A stretch of DNA of 64,000 nucleotides. It comes from an uncultured Acidimicrobiia bacterium (GTDB lineage: Bacteria > Actinomycetota > Acidimicrobiia > Acidimicrobiales > AC-14). Made by a program: the position numbers and the translations under genes. Position 1 is the first letter of the stretch. Each line of letters starts with the position of its first letter. The notes beneath the pieces are model-generated. The model saw only the letters and a list, made by a program, of their open reading frames with translations. It searched no databases and was not told the DNA's origin. Location of the stretch: positions 96,001 to 160,000 of the forward strand of contig CAWIIV010000020.1 in the NCBI GenBank assembly GCA_963836205.1. The letters are read 5' to 3'. Below are positions 1 to 9,076 of this stretch, one piece after another.

Positions 1-183
1 CAGCGACATCACCACGAAGGCGATGCGGAAGACGAGGGGGTCGATCCCGAACTGGCGGCCGAGGCCCCCGCAGAGGCCGGAGATGACGGTGTCGTCTGTG
101 GCCCGGGTAAGGCCCCCCAGCGGGGGGCGGGACCCCGGCGGAGGCGGTCCTCCGGGGGGTCGGGTTTCGTGTGCCGTGTCCAT
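1..183 (-). CDS. PspC domain-containing protein (5' part; runs off window start)
   Basis: Manual translation MDTAHE...LTRATDDTVISGLCGGLGRQFGIDPLVFRIAFVV is a PspC motif; divergent from the PspC kinase. Confidence 0.8.
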   Translation of the reverse strand, partial: MDTAHETRPPGGPPPPGSRPPLGGLTRATDDTVISGLCGGLGRQFGIDPLVFRIAFVVMSL

Positions 184-299
184 GGAGGCCAGCATGCGCC
201 TGCCCGGAGCGGACGACCATCCGTGACGTCCCGGACCCGACCCGGACCCGTACCCGACCCCTCCTCCGGACGATGCCCGTAGCCGTCCCCGAAGGCCCC

Positions 300-1562
300 A
301 TGGGATCATCGGAGCAGGTGACCGACCCGCTGGCGAGCGAGAACGCCCGTTCCCCGAAGTCCTGGACCAGCGTGACGCGCCCCCGGGAGGGTCGCGTCCT
401 GGGCGGCGTCTGCGCCGGCGTGGGCCGGGCCTTCGGCCTCGACCCGATCATCGTTCGGATCCTGGTGGTGGCCCTGGTGGCGGCGGGCGGCAGCGGCGCC
501 GTGCTCTACGTGGTCGGCTGGCTGCTCCTGCCCCAGGAGGGCGAGGACGAGTCGCTGGCCCAGGCCGCGGTTCGTGACCGGCGTTACGACCCGGCCGAGA
601 TCCTGGCCGTGGCGGCCGTCGTCTTCGGGGTCCTGCTCCTCCTGCGGGAGACGGGCCTCTGGTTCGGCGACGGGGTGGTGTGGCCGATCCTGCTGTCGGG
701 CGTGGGCCTGGCCGTCATCTGGCGCCAGGCGGGCGACGACGACCGGGCCTCGTTGCAACGGGTCGTCGGACGGCTGCCGGCCGCGGTCGACGTGCGGGGT
801 CGGCGGGCGGCGCTGGCCCGGGTGGTGATCGGGGTGGCCCTGGTGGTGGGTGGAGTCGGGTCCTTCCTCGCCGCCAGCGACGCCTTCTCCGCCCTGCGCC
901 AGGGACTCCTCGCCACCGCCGGCATCGTGGCCGGGGTGGCCGTGATCACGGGGCCGTGGTGGGTGCGCATGGGCCGGGACCTCACCCGGGAGCGGCGGGA
1001 GCGCATCCGGTCGGAGGAGCGGGCCGAGGTTGCCGCCCACCTGCACGATTCCGTCCTCCAGACCCTCGCCCTCATCCAGCGCAACGCCGACGACCCCCGC
1101 ACCGTCGTCACCATGGCCCGCCGCCAGGAGCGGGAGCTGCGGAGCTGGCTCTACCGCGGCGACCCGCCACCGACCGCCGCCCAGTCGCTCGCGGCTGCAG
1201 TTACCCGGGCCGCGGAGGAGGTGGAGGTCGACCACGGGGTGACCATCGACGTGGTGGCAGTGGGCGACGCCCCCCTCGACGACCGGCTGGAGGCGGTGGT
1301 GGCCGCGGCCCGGGAGGCGATGGTGAACGCGGCCAAGTGGTCGGGCGCGGCCAACGTGTCGGTCTACGTGGAAGCGGCCGACGGCGAGGTCAAGGTGTTC
1401 GTGCGGGACTGGGGGTGCGGGTTCGACCCGTCCGGCGTCGCCGACGATCGCCACGGCCTGCAGGAGTCGGTCGTCGGACGCATGGCCCGCCACGGCGGCC
1501 TGGCCGAGGTCCGGACGGGTGCGGGCGAGGGCACCGAGATCCAACTGCGGATGCCCCGGTGA
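300..1562 (+). CDS. PspC-domain membrane sensor histidine kinase
   Basis: N-terminal PspC motif (GRVLGGVCAGVGRAFG), TM helices, H-box AAHLHDSVLQTL, N-box EAMVNAAKW, G-box DWGCGFD; start uncertain (300 or 318). Confidence 0.9.
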   Translation: MGSSEQVTDPLASENARSPKSWTSVTRPREGRVLGGVCAGVGRAFGLDPIIVRILVVALVAAGGSGAVLYVVGWLLLPQEGEDESLAQAAVRDRRYDPAEILAVAAVVFGVLLLLRETGLWFGDGVVWPILLSGVGLAVIWRQAGDDDRASLQRVVGRLPAAVDVRGRRAALARVVIGVALVVGGVGSFLAASDAFSALRQGLLATAGIVAGVAVITGPWWVRMGRDLTRERRERIRSEERAEVAAHLHDSVLQTLALIQRNADDPRTVVTMARRQERELRSWLYRGDPPPTAAQSLAAAVTRAAEEVEVDHGVTIDVVAVGDAPLDDRLEAVVAAAREAMVNAAKWSGAANVSVYVEAADGEVKVFVRDWGCGFDPSGVADDRHGLQESVVGRMARHGGLAEVRTGAGEGTEIQLRMPR

Positions 1563-2206
1563 GCGACAAGCCGAGGGTCTTCCTCGTCGACGACCACCAC
1601 CTGTTCCGGTCGGGGGTGCGGGCGGAGCTGGGCGACACCGTGGAGGTGGTCGGCGAGGCGTCGGAGGTCGAGGCGGCGGTGGAGATGATCATCGAGCGCC
1701 GGCCCGACGTCGTCCTCCTCGACGTCCACCTCCCCGGCGGTGGGGGCCGCGCCGTCGTGGCCCGGGTGGCGCCCGTGGCCCCTGACGTGCGCTTTCTCGC
1801 CCTGTCGGTGTCGGACGCGGCCGAGGACGTCATCGGCGTGATCCGGGCCGGAGCCCGGGGGTACGTCACCAAGACCATCTCCGGACCGGAGCTGACCTCG
1901 GCCATCCTCCGGGTGGCCGAGGGCGACGCCGTGTTCTCCCCCCGCCTGGCCGGCTTCGTGCTCGACGCCTTCGGGACGGCTGCGGCCCTCCCCGACGGCG
2001 GCGATCCCGAGGTCGACCAGCTCACGGCCCGGGAGCAGGAGGTGTTGCGCCTGATCGCCCGGGGCTACGCCTACAAGGCCGCGGCCCGAGAGCTGAACAT
2101 CGGCACCCGGACGGTGGAGACCCACGTGTCGTCGGTGCTGCGCAAGCTCCAGCTCTCGAACCGCCACCAGCTGACCCGCTGGGCCACCGAGCGCCGGCTG
2201 ATCTGA
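1559..2206 (+). CDS. NarL/LuxR-family response regulator
   Basis: VFLVDDH, DVVLLDVHLP, C-terminal LTAREQEVL...TVETHVSSVLRKL; GTGA overlap with the kinase. Confidence 0.92.
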   Translation: MSDKPRVFLVDDHHLFRSGVRAELGDTVEVVGEASEVEAAVEMIIERRPDVVLLDVHLPGGGGRAVVARVAPVAPDVRFLALSVSDAAEDVIGVIRAGARGYVTKTISGPELTSAILRVAEGDAVFSPRLAGFVLDAFGTAAALPDGGDPEVDQLTAREQEVLRLIARGYAYKAAARELNIGTRTVETHVSSVLRKLQLSNRHQLTRWATERRLI

Positions 2207-2281
2207 GTCACAGCTCGCCAGCGGGCACCCGGTGGCCGGGGCGGGCCCTACGCCCGATAATTGGGCCCGGTCCTCAGGCGA

Positions 2282-2599
2282 TCAGGCGGTGGCGGTGGCG
2301 GTGGCGCCCTCCTGCTCGACGGCCGCGCGCACCTTCGGGGGACGGCCCCGCGGCCGCTTGACCGCGAGAACCTTGCCCTTGAAGAACAGCCGTCCGCCCC
2401 ACACGCCGTACGGCTCCCGGCGGGCGAGAGCCGTCTCGAAGCACAGCTCACGCACCGGGCAGACGGCGCAGATGGCCTTGGCCCGGGCGATGTCGTCGAG
2501 CTGCTCCGAGTAGAACAGCGCGACCAGGTTGCCGGTGCCGCTCTTGCACCGGGCCTCGGCCCACAGCTCCTCGTCGTTCTCCTGCAGCTCGGCGAACAT
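2282..2599 (-). CDS. whiB7: WhiB7/WblC-like Fe-S transcription factor
   Basis: Four Cys, EPYGVWGG motif, C-terminal AT-hook KRPRGRPPK; purine-rich RBS before ATG 2599. Confidence 0.85.
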   Translation of the reverse strand: MFAELQENDEELWAEARCKSGTGNLVALFYSEQLDDIARAKAICAVCPVRELCFETALARREPYGVWGGRLFFKGKVLAVKRPRGRPPKVRAAVEQEGATATATA

Positions 2600-2631
2600 C
2601 GCTCCGCTCCTCTCCTGTGTGTACTTCTCCT

Positions 2632-2667
2632 GGAAAACCAAGAGCCGCCGGCTGTTGCCGGCGGCTC
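2632..2667 (-). terminator. Intrinsic terminator in the whiB7 leader (attenuator)
   Basis: 11-bp perfect stem GAGCCGCCGGC-AACA-GCCGGCGGCTC followed by TTGGTTTT on the minus strand, upstream of whiB7. Confidence 0.8.
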
Positions 2668-2698
2668 GAGGGGCCCTGCTTGGAGGTCTGACCGGTTG

Positions 2699-2848
2699 CT
2701 ATCCCGGTGAACCTCCGTAGCCCCTCGGCCGCACGATGTGACCGTTGGCAATCGGCCACGTGACCATCGACACCTCGGCCGCAAACGGACGCGCCGCGTC
2801 GAGGACGCAATCGCTCCGCTTGGCGTAGGTGGTGGCGGTCAACAGCAC
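2699..2848 (-). CDS. whiB7 leader peptide (uORF, 49 aa, likely leaderless)
   Basis: GTG 2848 to TAG 2699: VLLTATTYAKRSDCVLDAARPFAAEVSMVTWPIANGHIVRPRGYGGSPG; its 3' end overlaps the antiterminator stem. Confidence 0.65.
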   Translation of the reverse strand: MLLTATTYAKRSDCVLDAARPFAAEVSMVTWPIANGHIVRPRGYGGSPG

Positions 2849-2854
2849 GGCAAC

Positions 2855-2900
2855 ATGGTTCCCAATTGCCAGGTCCACGTCAACCGATTTACGAGATTTC
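2855..2900 (-). promoter_or_regulatory. Putative WhiB7-dependent sigmaA promoter
   Basis: Minus strand gaaatctcgtaaatcgg-TTGACG-N17-AACCAT-N6-GTG; A/T-rich tract just upstream of the -35, as bound by the WhiB7 AT-hook. Confidence 0.6.
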
Positions 2901-2916
2901 CTGCGACAATCGGTGC

Positions 2917-3264
2917 ATGCCCATGCGGATCGAATGCAAGAACTACGAGAGCCGCACGTATCCGGGCGGCGAAACCGTCCGCAAGTGCAACCTCGACTTG
3001 GCCCCTGAAGCGCCGTGGCGATGCCCGGCCAACTGCTCCGCCTTCGCCCCCCGGCTGGCCGACGTCAACTGGACCCACGGCGAACTGCTCGCCCCGCCCA
3101 CCCCTCCGGAGCCCCCCGGGCTCGACGAGAACGCGGTGCGGCTGCTCGACGAGGCCGAGGACATCGTCAACGCCGCCGGACCGTCGATCATGCGGGAGCT
3201 GCGGGCCAAGGGCTCGCGCGACGAGCGTATGCCCTGGTGGAAGCGGTTCGGCCGCAACCGCTGA
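2917..3264 (+). CDS. Hypothetical Cys-containing protein
   Basis: Host-like codon usage; MRIECKNYESRTY...KCNLDLAPEAPWRCPANC. Confidence 0.75.
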   Translation: MPMRIECKNYESRTYPGGETVRKCNLDLAPEAPWRCPANCSAFAPRLADVNWTHGELLAPPTPPEPPGLDENAVRLLDEAEDIVNAAGPSIMRELRAKGSRDERMPWWKRFGRNR

Positions 3265-3271
3265 GCTGCTT

Positions 3272-3379
3272 TCAGAAATCGAAGGTCAGCGCGAACCACA
3301 GGGAGTACGCGAACCACAGGCCGACGACGAAGGCGACCAGGATCATGATCACCTTCTCGGTCTCGCTCGGCCGCTTCAC
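3272..3379 (-). CDS. Small membrane protein (35 aa)
   Basis: VKRPSETEKVIMILVAFVVGLWFAYSLWFALTFDF; GTGA overlap with the desaturase stop. Confidence 0.55.
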   Translation of the reverse strand: MKRPSETEKVIMILVAFVVGLWFAYSLWFALTFDF

Positions 3380-4200
3380 GGCGCCGCCACCAGATAGCGG
3401 GCGGCGGCGGCGATGCCCTCCTGGGATCGCAGGCCGCGGAGCAGGGCCGGGTAGCCGCCGGTAAGCGCCTGGGCCGGCGTCGACACCCGCTTGCCGCCGG
3501 TCAGCCCGTAGCGGACGGCAACGGTCTCGGCCGCGTAGGTGCCGAAGAGGCGGTCCCAGACGATGAGCATCGAGCCGAAGTTCTTGTCGAGATACTCGGG
3601 GTTCGACCCGTGGTGCACCCGGTGGGCGGCCGGGGTGACGAAGACCCAGTCGAGCGGCGTCCGGCGGCGGACGAGCTCGGTGTGCTGGAGCTGGCCGGCC
3701 ATCAGGACCAGGGCGCCCATGGCGGCGAAGGCGACGGGGTGGAACCCGAGCAGGGGCACCCAGAGGGCGAGCGCGGGCTTGTAGAGCGACTCCATCCACG
3801 GCAGGCGCACGGCCGAGGTGAACGTGAAGCGCTCCAACGAGTGGTGGATCATGTGCGACGCCCACAGCACCCGCACCCGGTGCTCGGCCCGGTGGATCCA
3901 GTAGTAGGCGAAGTCCCGGCCGACGAAGATGCCCAGCCACACCAGCGGGTTGGTCCAGTCGAGGGTGAACAGCCGATGCTGGTAGACGGCCAGAGCCACG
4001 CCGAACATGAGGGCCTTCGACACCACGCCCTTGACTGCCAGGTAGGCCAGGCCGGCCGTCATCGACGTCGCCGATCCCTTCAGCCGCCTGCGGAAGGTCC
4101 CGAAGGCGAGCTCGCCGCCGACGGTCACGGTCACCGAGGCCGCCAGGAGGAGGGTGGCGTGGGCGGTGACCCAGGGGATGAGGGCGGAGGCGTCGGGCAT
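3376..4200 (-). CDS. Sterol desaturase / fatty acid hydroxylase family protein
   Basis: His boxes YYWIHRAEH, HMIHHS, HRVHH; KNFGSMLIVWDRLFGT. Confidence 0.9.
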   Translation of the reverse strand: MPDASALIPWVTAHATLLLAASVTVTVGGELAFGTFRRRLKGSATSMTAGLAYLAVKGVVSKALMFGVALAVYQHRLFTLDWTNPLVWLGIFVGRDFAYYWIHRAEHRVRVLWASHMIHHSLERFTFTSAVRLPWMESLYKPALALWVPLLGFHPVAFAAMGALVLMAGQLQHTELVRRRTPLDWVFVTPAAHRVHHGSNPEYLDKNFGSMLIVWDRLFGTYAAETVAVRYGLTGGKRVSTPAQALTGGYPALLRGLRSQEGIAAAARYLVAAP

Positions 4201-4278
4201 GCTCCTACCGTCGGCCCCCGACGGCCCCGCCGACCCCCGGCCTGGCCCCCAAAGCCCCCTGGGGCCGACCCGATCATG

Positions 4279-4329
4279 TGCTTTCTGAAGCGAAAACGAC
4301 CTCCCATGTCGTTTTTGCTTCAGAAAGCA
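4279..4329. repeat. Intergenic 51-bp palindrome (REP-like)
   Basis: TGCTTTCTGAAGCGAAAACGAC-ctcccat-GTCGTTTTTGCTTCAGAAAGCA. Confidence 0.75.
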
Positions 4330-4367
4330 GTGGCGGGCGGGGCGCCGGGGCGTGGTGAAGTGGCGGG

Positions 4368-6263
4368 GTGGATCCCGCGGCCGCCCTGAAGACGTTGGCG
4401 GGCGCCCTCGTCGGAGGCGGCGAGGTGCGGGCCGGGCAGGTGGCCATGGCGGAGGCGGTGGCCCGGGCGGTACGAGACGGGCGGCCACTGGTCGTGCGGG
4501 CGGGGACGGGAACGGGGAAGACGTGGGCCTACCTGGTCGGATCGCTGCTCGAGTCGGCGGGCAAGGTCGTGGTCGCCACCGCCACCAAGGCGCTCCAGGA
4601 CCAGCTGTCGGGCAAGGACCTTCCCGCGGTAGCCGCGGCCGGCGTGCGGCCCGGACTCACGTGGGCGGTCCTCAAGGGTCGGAGCAACTACCTGTGCCGG
4701 CAGGCGGCGGCGGAGGCGGCTCGCGACGACGACGCCCCCGCCCTCGGGCTCGGCGGCGGGAGCGGGGGCAGCGAGACCGGGCGGGCTGTGGGGCGGGAGG
4801 TGGCCCGGCTGCTGGCGTGGGCCGAGGACAGCGTGAGCGGCGACCGGGCCGAGCTGTCGTTCGAGCCGAGCCCGGCGGCGTGGTCGTCGGTGAGCGTGGG
4901 GTCCGACCAGTGCCCGGGGGCGAAGGAGTGCCCGAGCGGCGAGACCTGCTTCGCCGAGGCCGCCTACGAGCGGGCCCGGGAGGCCGACGTCGTCGTCGTC
5001 AACCTCCACCTGCTCGGGGCCCACGTCGCCTCCGGCGGCCACGTCCTCCCCGACCACGACGTCGTCATCCTCGACGAGGCCCACGAGGCACCCGACGTCA
5101 TGGCCGGCGCCCTGGGCGTCACCCTCACCCCGGGGCGGGTCACCGCCGTCGCCCGGCTGGCGTCGGCCACGAGCCTGTCCCGCCACCGGGACCGTCTCGA
5201 CGACGTCGTCGAACCGCTGGTGGGCACCCGGCTGGCCACCGGCGCCATGGGGAATGCCCAGGTGGGCGAGGTCCTGACCGACCTGGCCGAGGCGTTGCGG
5301 GCGGCGCGGGCGGCGCTCCGTGGCCTCCAGCCCGACCCCGCCCTCAAGGCCCGCCGGGAACGGGCGACCAAGGCGCTCGACTCCCTGGCGGCCGATGTCG
5401 ACACGGTCCTGCACGCAGGCGACGAGGACGTGACGTGGGTCGAGCAGGCGGGGTCGGGGTCGCAGCGGGCGCTGCGGGTGGCACCGATCGACGTCGGGGC
5501 GGAGCTGGCCCGGGTGGCGTGGTCGTCGACGACCGCCATCCTCACCTCGGCCACCGTCCCCATCGGCCTCGGCGCCCAGCTCGGGCTCGGCCGGGACTCC
5601 GTCGAGCTCGACGTGGGTAGTCCGTTCGACTACCGCCGGCTGGCCCTGCTCTACGTCCCCCGCCTCCCCGACCCCCGCCATCCCGACCACGAGGCGGCGG
5701 CCCACGCCGAGCTCGAATTCCTGATCGCTGCCGCCGGTGGCCGCACCCTGGCCCTGTTCACGTCGTGGCGGGCCATGCGGGCGGCCCACGGCGCCCTCGC
5801 CGACCGTCTGCCGTACCGGATCCTGGCCCAGGACGACCTTCCCAAGCCGGCGCTGATCGACGCCTTCCGGTCGGACGAGACCTCGTGCCTGTTCGCCACA
5901 ATGGGCTTCTGGCAGGGCGTCGACGTGCCCGGATCGGCCTGCTCCCTGGTGGTGATCGACCGGCTGCCGTTCCCCCGGCCCGACGACCCGGTGATCCAGG
6001 CCAGGCGGGAGCGGGCGGGACCCAACGCCTTCAACGCCGTCGACCTGCCCCACGTCGCCACCCGCCTGGCCCAGGGGGCGGGCCGCCTCATCCGGAGCAC
6101 GACCGACCGGGGGGTCGTGGCCGTCCTCGACCGCCGGTTGGCGGAGTCGTCGTACCGGCCGGTGATCCTGTCGGCCCTACCGCCGATGCGCCGGACCCGG
6201 GACCGGGCCGACGTCACCGCCTTCTTCGCCGCCCCCGCCGACGCCGCGCCGGACGACGGCTGA
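4368..6263 (+). CDS. dinG: DinG/YoaA-family ATP-dependent DNA helicase
   Basis: AGTGTGKT, LKGRSNYLC, Fe-S Cys, ILDEAH, FWQGVDVPG, QGAGRLIRS. Confidence 0.92.
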   Translation: MDPAAALKTLAGALVGGGEVRAGQVAMAEAVARAVRDGRPLVVRAGTGTGKTWAYLVGSLLESAGKVVVATATKALQDQLSGKDLPAVAAAGVRPGLTWAVLKGRSNYLCRQAAAEAARDDDAPALGLGGGSGGSETGRAVGREVARLLAWAEDSVSGDRAELSFEPSPAAWSSVSVGSDQCPGAKECPSGETCFAEAAYERAREADVVVVNLHLLGAHVASGGHVLPDHDVVILDEAHEAPDVMAGALGVTLTPGRVTAVARLASATSLSRHRDRLDDVVEPLVGTRLATGAMGNAQVGEVLTDLAEALRAARAALRGLQPDPALKARRERATKALDSLAADVDTVLHAGDEDVTWVEQAGSGSQRALRVAPIDVGAELARVAWSSTTAILTSATVPIGLGAQLGLGRDSVELDVGSPFDYRRLALLYVPRLPDPRHPDHEAAAHAELEFLIAAAGGRTLALFTSWRAMRAAHGALADRLPYRILAQDDLPKPALIDAFRSDETSCLFATMGFWQGVDVPGSACSLVVIDRLPFPRPDDPVIQARRERAGPNAFNAVDLPHVATRLAQGAGRLIRSTTDRGVVAVLDRRLAESSYRPVILSALPPMRRTRDRADVTAFFAAPADAAPDDG

Positions 6264-6267
6264 GAGC

Positions 6268-6516
6268 TCAGGCGCTGCGGCGGAGGGGTGCGTCCACGGC
6301 CTCGGGCATCGGCATCGGGCTGACATCGGCCACGCGGCCAACGTCGACCGCACCCACGTTGGCGACCTCGGCCGCCGACTGCGCCCGCCGCCGCCACCGC
6401 CGAGGGGCCGCCACCGACGCCGCCCGGCGGTGCCGATCGGCCTCGCGGCACAGGTCGGCCAGCCGGGCGTCGGACAGCCTCATCATCGTCTCCGTGTAGG
6501 CATCGAACCCGCTCAT
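6268..6516 (-). CDS. Small hypothetical protein
   Basis: MSGFDAYTETMMRLSDARLADLCREADRHR...; host-like codon usage. Confidence 0.55.
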   Translation of the reverse strand: MSGFDAYTETMMRLSDARLADLCREADRHRRAASVAAPRRWRRRAQSAAEVANVGAVDVGRVADVSPMPMPEAVDAPLRRSA

Positions 6517-6812
6517 GCGCCCATGATCGACGAGGCACCCGCGGGCGTGCTCCGAATTTCCGTGCGGGCAGGCGAGGGCGCCTGCCAGCCGAGTGAAACG
6601 CAGAGAGAAGGCCTCCCGACCAGGCCCGCTCGCCGGCAAGCACACGCGCTCGGTTCCTGTCCCGCTCTTCGGCATTGTTGCCTCAGATGCCTCTTCGTCC
6701 CGATGCTTCGCTCCTGGCTGCCCAAACTGCATCCCACACCTGGCGCCTCCGTGTAGGTACGGTTCGGGCGGCCCGGATTGCAGACTTCCTTGGCTGGCAT
6801 GGCCTAGACTAG

Positions 6813-6828
6813 TCGAACTAGTGTTCGT
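6813..6828. promoter_or_regulatory. Putative LexA (SOS) box upstream of the methyltransferase
   Basis: TCGAAC-TAGT-GTTCGT matches the actinobacterial CGAAC-N4-GTTCG; directly after TAGACT (-10-like) and before the GGGAGG RBS. Confidence 0.65.
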
Positions 6829-6844
6829 ATGAGGGAGGTCGACG

Positions 6845-7861
6845 GTGGGCCTAGCGCCAACCCAGTGGGGACATCCGGCGGGATCCGACGTCGTGATCGG
6901 TCGATCGCTTGGGCTGGAACACCTGGCATCGCTTGTCCCAGCCTCGCTGTTGGAGTTCGTCAGGCGCGAGCCTCAGAAAGCCTTCCCTGCAATAGCGAAG
7001 GATCCGGACGCCTGCGCGCAACTGCGCATGGCAGTCGCATCGTTGGAAACGTGTCACCGCCTTCAAAATCTCGACAGCCGGCATCTCGCACTGCCCGACG
7101 GGAGTGTTGGCCTCGTGGTGACATCTCCGCCCTACTGGACGCTGAAGAAGTACAACGAGCACGAGGGCCAGCTCGGCGACGTCGAGGATTACGAGATGTT
7201 CCTCGACGAGCTCGACGAGGTGTGGCGCAGAGCGTACGACGCTCTCGTGCCAGGCGGACGGTTGGTAATCGTCGTCGGAGACGTCAGCGTTTCCAGGCGG
7301 GCGTTCGGCCGACACCTCGTTTTTCCTCTTCATGCAAGCATCCAGGAGCGATGCCGTCGTCTCGGGTTCGACAACCTCGCTCCGATCATCTGGTACAAGA
7401 TCGCCAATGCCCAGTATGAGGCGGGTGGTGGAGGCTTCTTCGGAAAACCATTCGAACCAAACGGCGTCATAAAGAACGATGTCGAGTACATCCTCTTCCA
7501 GAGAAAGCCGGGTGGATATCGGAAGCCGGATATCCCGACTAGGCTCCTCTCCTTGATTCCCGCTACTGACCATTCGGACTGGTTCCAGCAGGTCTGGAGA
7601 CTCAGCGGAGCTTCAACGTCTGAGCACCCAGCGCCGTTCCCGCTCACGCTCGCCGAGCGGCTGATCCGAATGTTCTCATTCGTCGGTGACACGGTGCTGG
7701 ATCCGTTCATAGGAACGGGCACGACGGCCGTAGCGGCCGCACGCTCCGGCCGGCACTCTATCGGATGTGAAGTCGATCCTCACTACTTCGCGAACTCGGT
7801 GCAGCGTGTCACCAAGGCATCCGGGGCGCCCGCTCAAACGGCATTCGATCTCTCGGCCTAG
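6845..7861 (+). CDS. Beta-class N4-C/N6-A DNA methyltransferase
   Basis: Motif IV VTSPPY precedes HPAPFP and motif I VLDPFIGTGTT. Confidence 0.92.
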   Translation: MGLAPTQWGHPAGSDVVIGRSLGLEHLASLVPASLLEFVRREPQKAFPAIAKDPDACAQLRMAVASLETCHRLQNLDSRHLALPDGSVGLVVTSPPYWTLKKYNEHEGQLGDVEDYEMFLDELDEVWRRAYDALVPGGRLVIVVGDVSVSRRAFGRHLVFPLHASIQERCRRLGFDNLAPIIWYKIANAQYEAGGGGFFGKPFEPNGVIKNDVEYILFQRKPGGYRKPDIPTRLLSLIPATDHSDWFQQVWRLSGASTSEHPAPFPLTLAERLIRMFSFVGDTVLDPFIGTGTTAVAAARSGRHSIGCEVDPHYFANSVQRVTKASGAPAQTAFDLSA

Positions 7862-7915
7862 GAGCTCACAGGGATGGCGGAATCGTCGAGGAGGACCGCG
7901 ACGTAACATCTGCCG

Positions 7916-8653
7916 GTGGCACTTCCCTTGAGCTTTCTCACTCACCTGCAAACCAAGGGCTACAACTCACGCAACAGCGTCCACTCGCGTGCCATCTGTG
8001 AAGCCATGGTGGCCGACCTCATGGCGACATGCGTGAGGATCCGAGAGGAGGCCATGGCGGGCCAACTCGTGTTCAAGATCGACCATATCTTGCCGGCAGC
8101 CGGTCTGGACGAATGGAAGACGGACCTCGCTATCGGACCTCCGTCTCCGGACTTCCTGCCCGATCCTGGTACTCCACCCGGGGCAATGCCGGAGGGAACA
8201 CCAATTTCCACCCGAATCGCCGTAGAGGCGAAATCTACGATGACCAAGCACAGCGGAGCCCGCAAGAACCGCAAGCGTGACCTCGAAGCCCACCACCAGC
8301 ATGTCCACGCGTACAGCGAGGCAACGATCGCCGCCAGCATCTCGCTCGTAAACGCTTCCGATACCTTTCAATCGAGTCTTCTCAGCGAGCCGACCCAGAT
8401 TACGACTAGTCGGATGACGGCATATGCCAAGGCCCAAGGCGTGGTCGATCAGGTGAAGATGGTCGCTTTCTCGCCGCACCAGGGTGCACAAGGAATTGAC
8501 GCAAAGTGCGCACTGGTTGTCGAGATGGACAACGTAAACCTTGCCTCGACCAAGTACGTCGAGAAGGCGCCGCCAGCACCGGCGTCGGGTGATCCTCTCC
8601 ATTGGGACTCATTCATCCATCGCGTGTGCGAGCGCTACTCTGAGCGCTTCTAG
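7916..8653 (+). CDS. Putative type II restriction endonuclease (PD-(D/E)xK)
   Basis: TDLAIG...IAVEAKS catalytic-like motif; co-oriented directly after the MTase; A/T-richer than flanks. Confidence 0.6.
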   Translation: MALPLSFLTHLQTKGYNSRNSVHSRAICEAMVADLMATCVRIREEAMAGQLVFKIDHILPAAGLDEWKTDLAIGPPSPDFLPDPGTPPGAMPEGTPISTRIAVEAKSTMTKHSGARKNRKRDLEAHHQHVHAYSEATIAASISLVNASDTFQSSLLSEPTQITTSRMTAYAKAQGVVDQVKMVAFSPHQGAQGIDAKCALVVEMDNVNLASTKYVEKAPPAPASGDPLHWDSFIHRVCERYSERF

Positions 8654-8674
8654 CTCGCATCACACGAGGAACGA

Positions 8675-8860
8675 TCACCCCCCGAAGTCTGTCTGGAGTC
8701 CTCTGAGTTCCTCGACGGGGCCGACGACGCACGAGTACCCAAACTCGTTGGTGAGAGTGCCCCACGCAGCATCGGCGATCCACTCTGGGTCGTCGTAGGC
8801 CACCTCTCCGGGCTCGACTGTCACCGTGATTGTTATGCGGAAGGTTCGAGGCGTCGCCAC
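8675..8860 (-). CDS. Small hypothetical protein
   Basis: VATPRTFRITITVTVEPGEVAYDDPEWIADAAWGTLTNEFGY... reads like globular protein sequence. Confidence 0.5.
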   Translation of the reverse strand: MATPRTFRITITVTVEPGEVAYDDPEWIADAAWGTLTNEFGYSCVVGPVEELRGLQTDFGG

Positions 8861-9076
8861 CGGTACAGCTTCGCTCGAGGCTCGCGGCGAAGCGACAATC
8901 GCCGGGCCGTCCGGCCCGTCCGAGGTCAGTGATTGCGCGTGGGCTGGGCGGCGAATGGCCGGCCCGCGTTGGCACACCCACCGCTGGGCTCTTCCCGAAG
9001 CCCGGAGCTCCGTTCAGGTGGCGGCCGGCCAAAGGCGTTCTCACCGCGATCGCGCCGCGCCTCTAATCTGGCGGCC

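Noticed and set aside
228-262. CCCGGACCCGA-type short repeats between the divergent pspC genes
   Set aside because: Low-complexity; could be a regulator site but is not supportable from sequence alone
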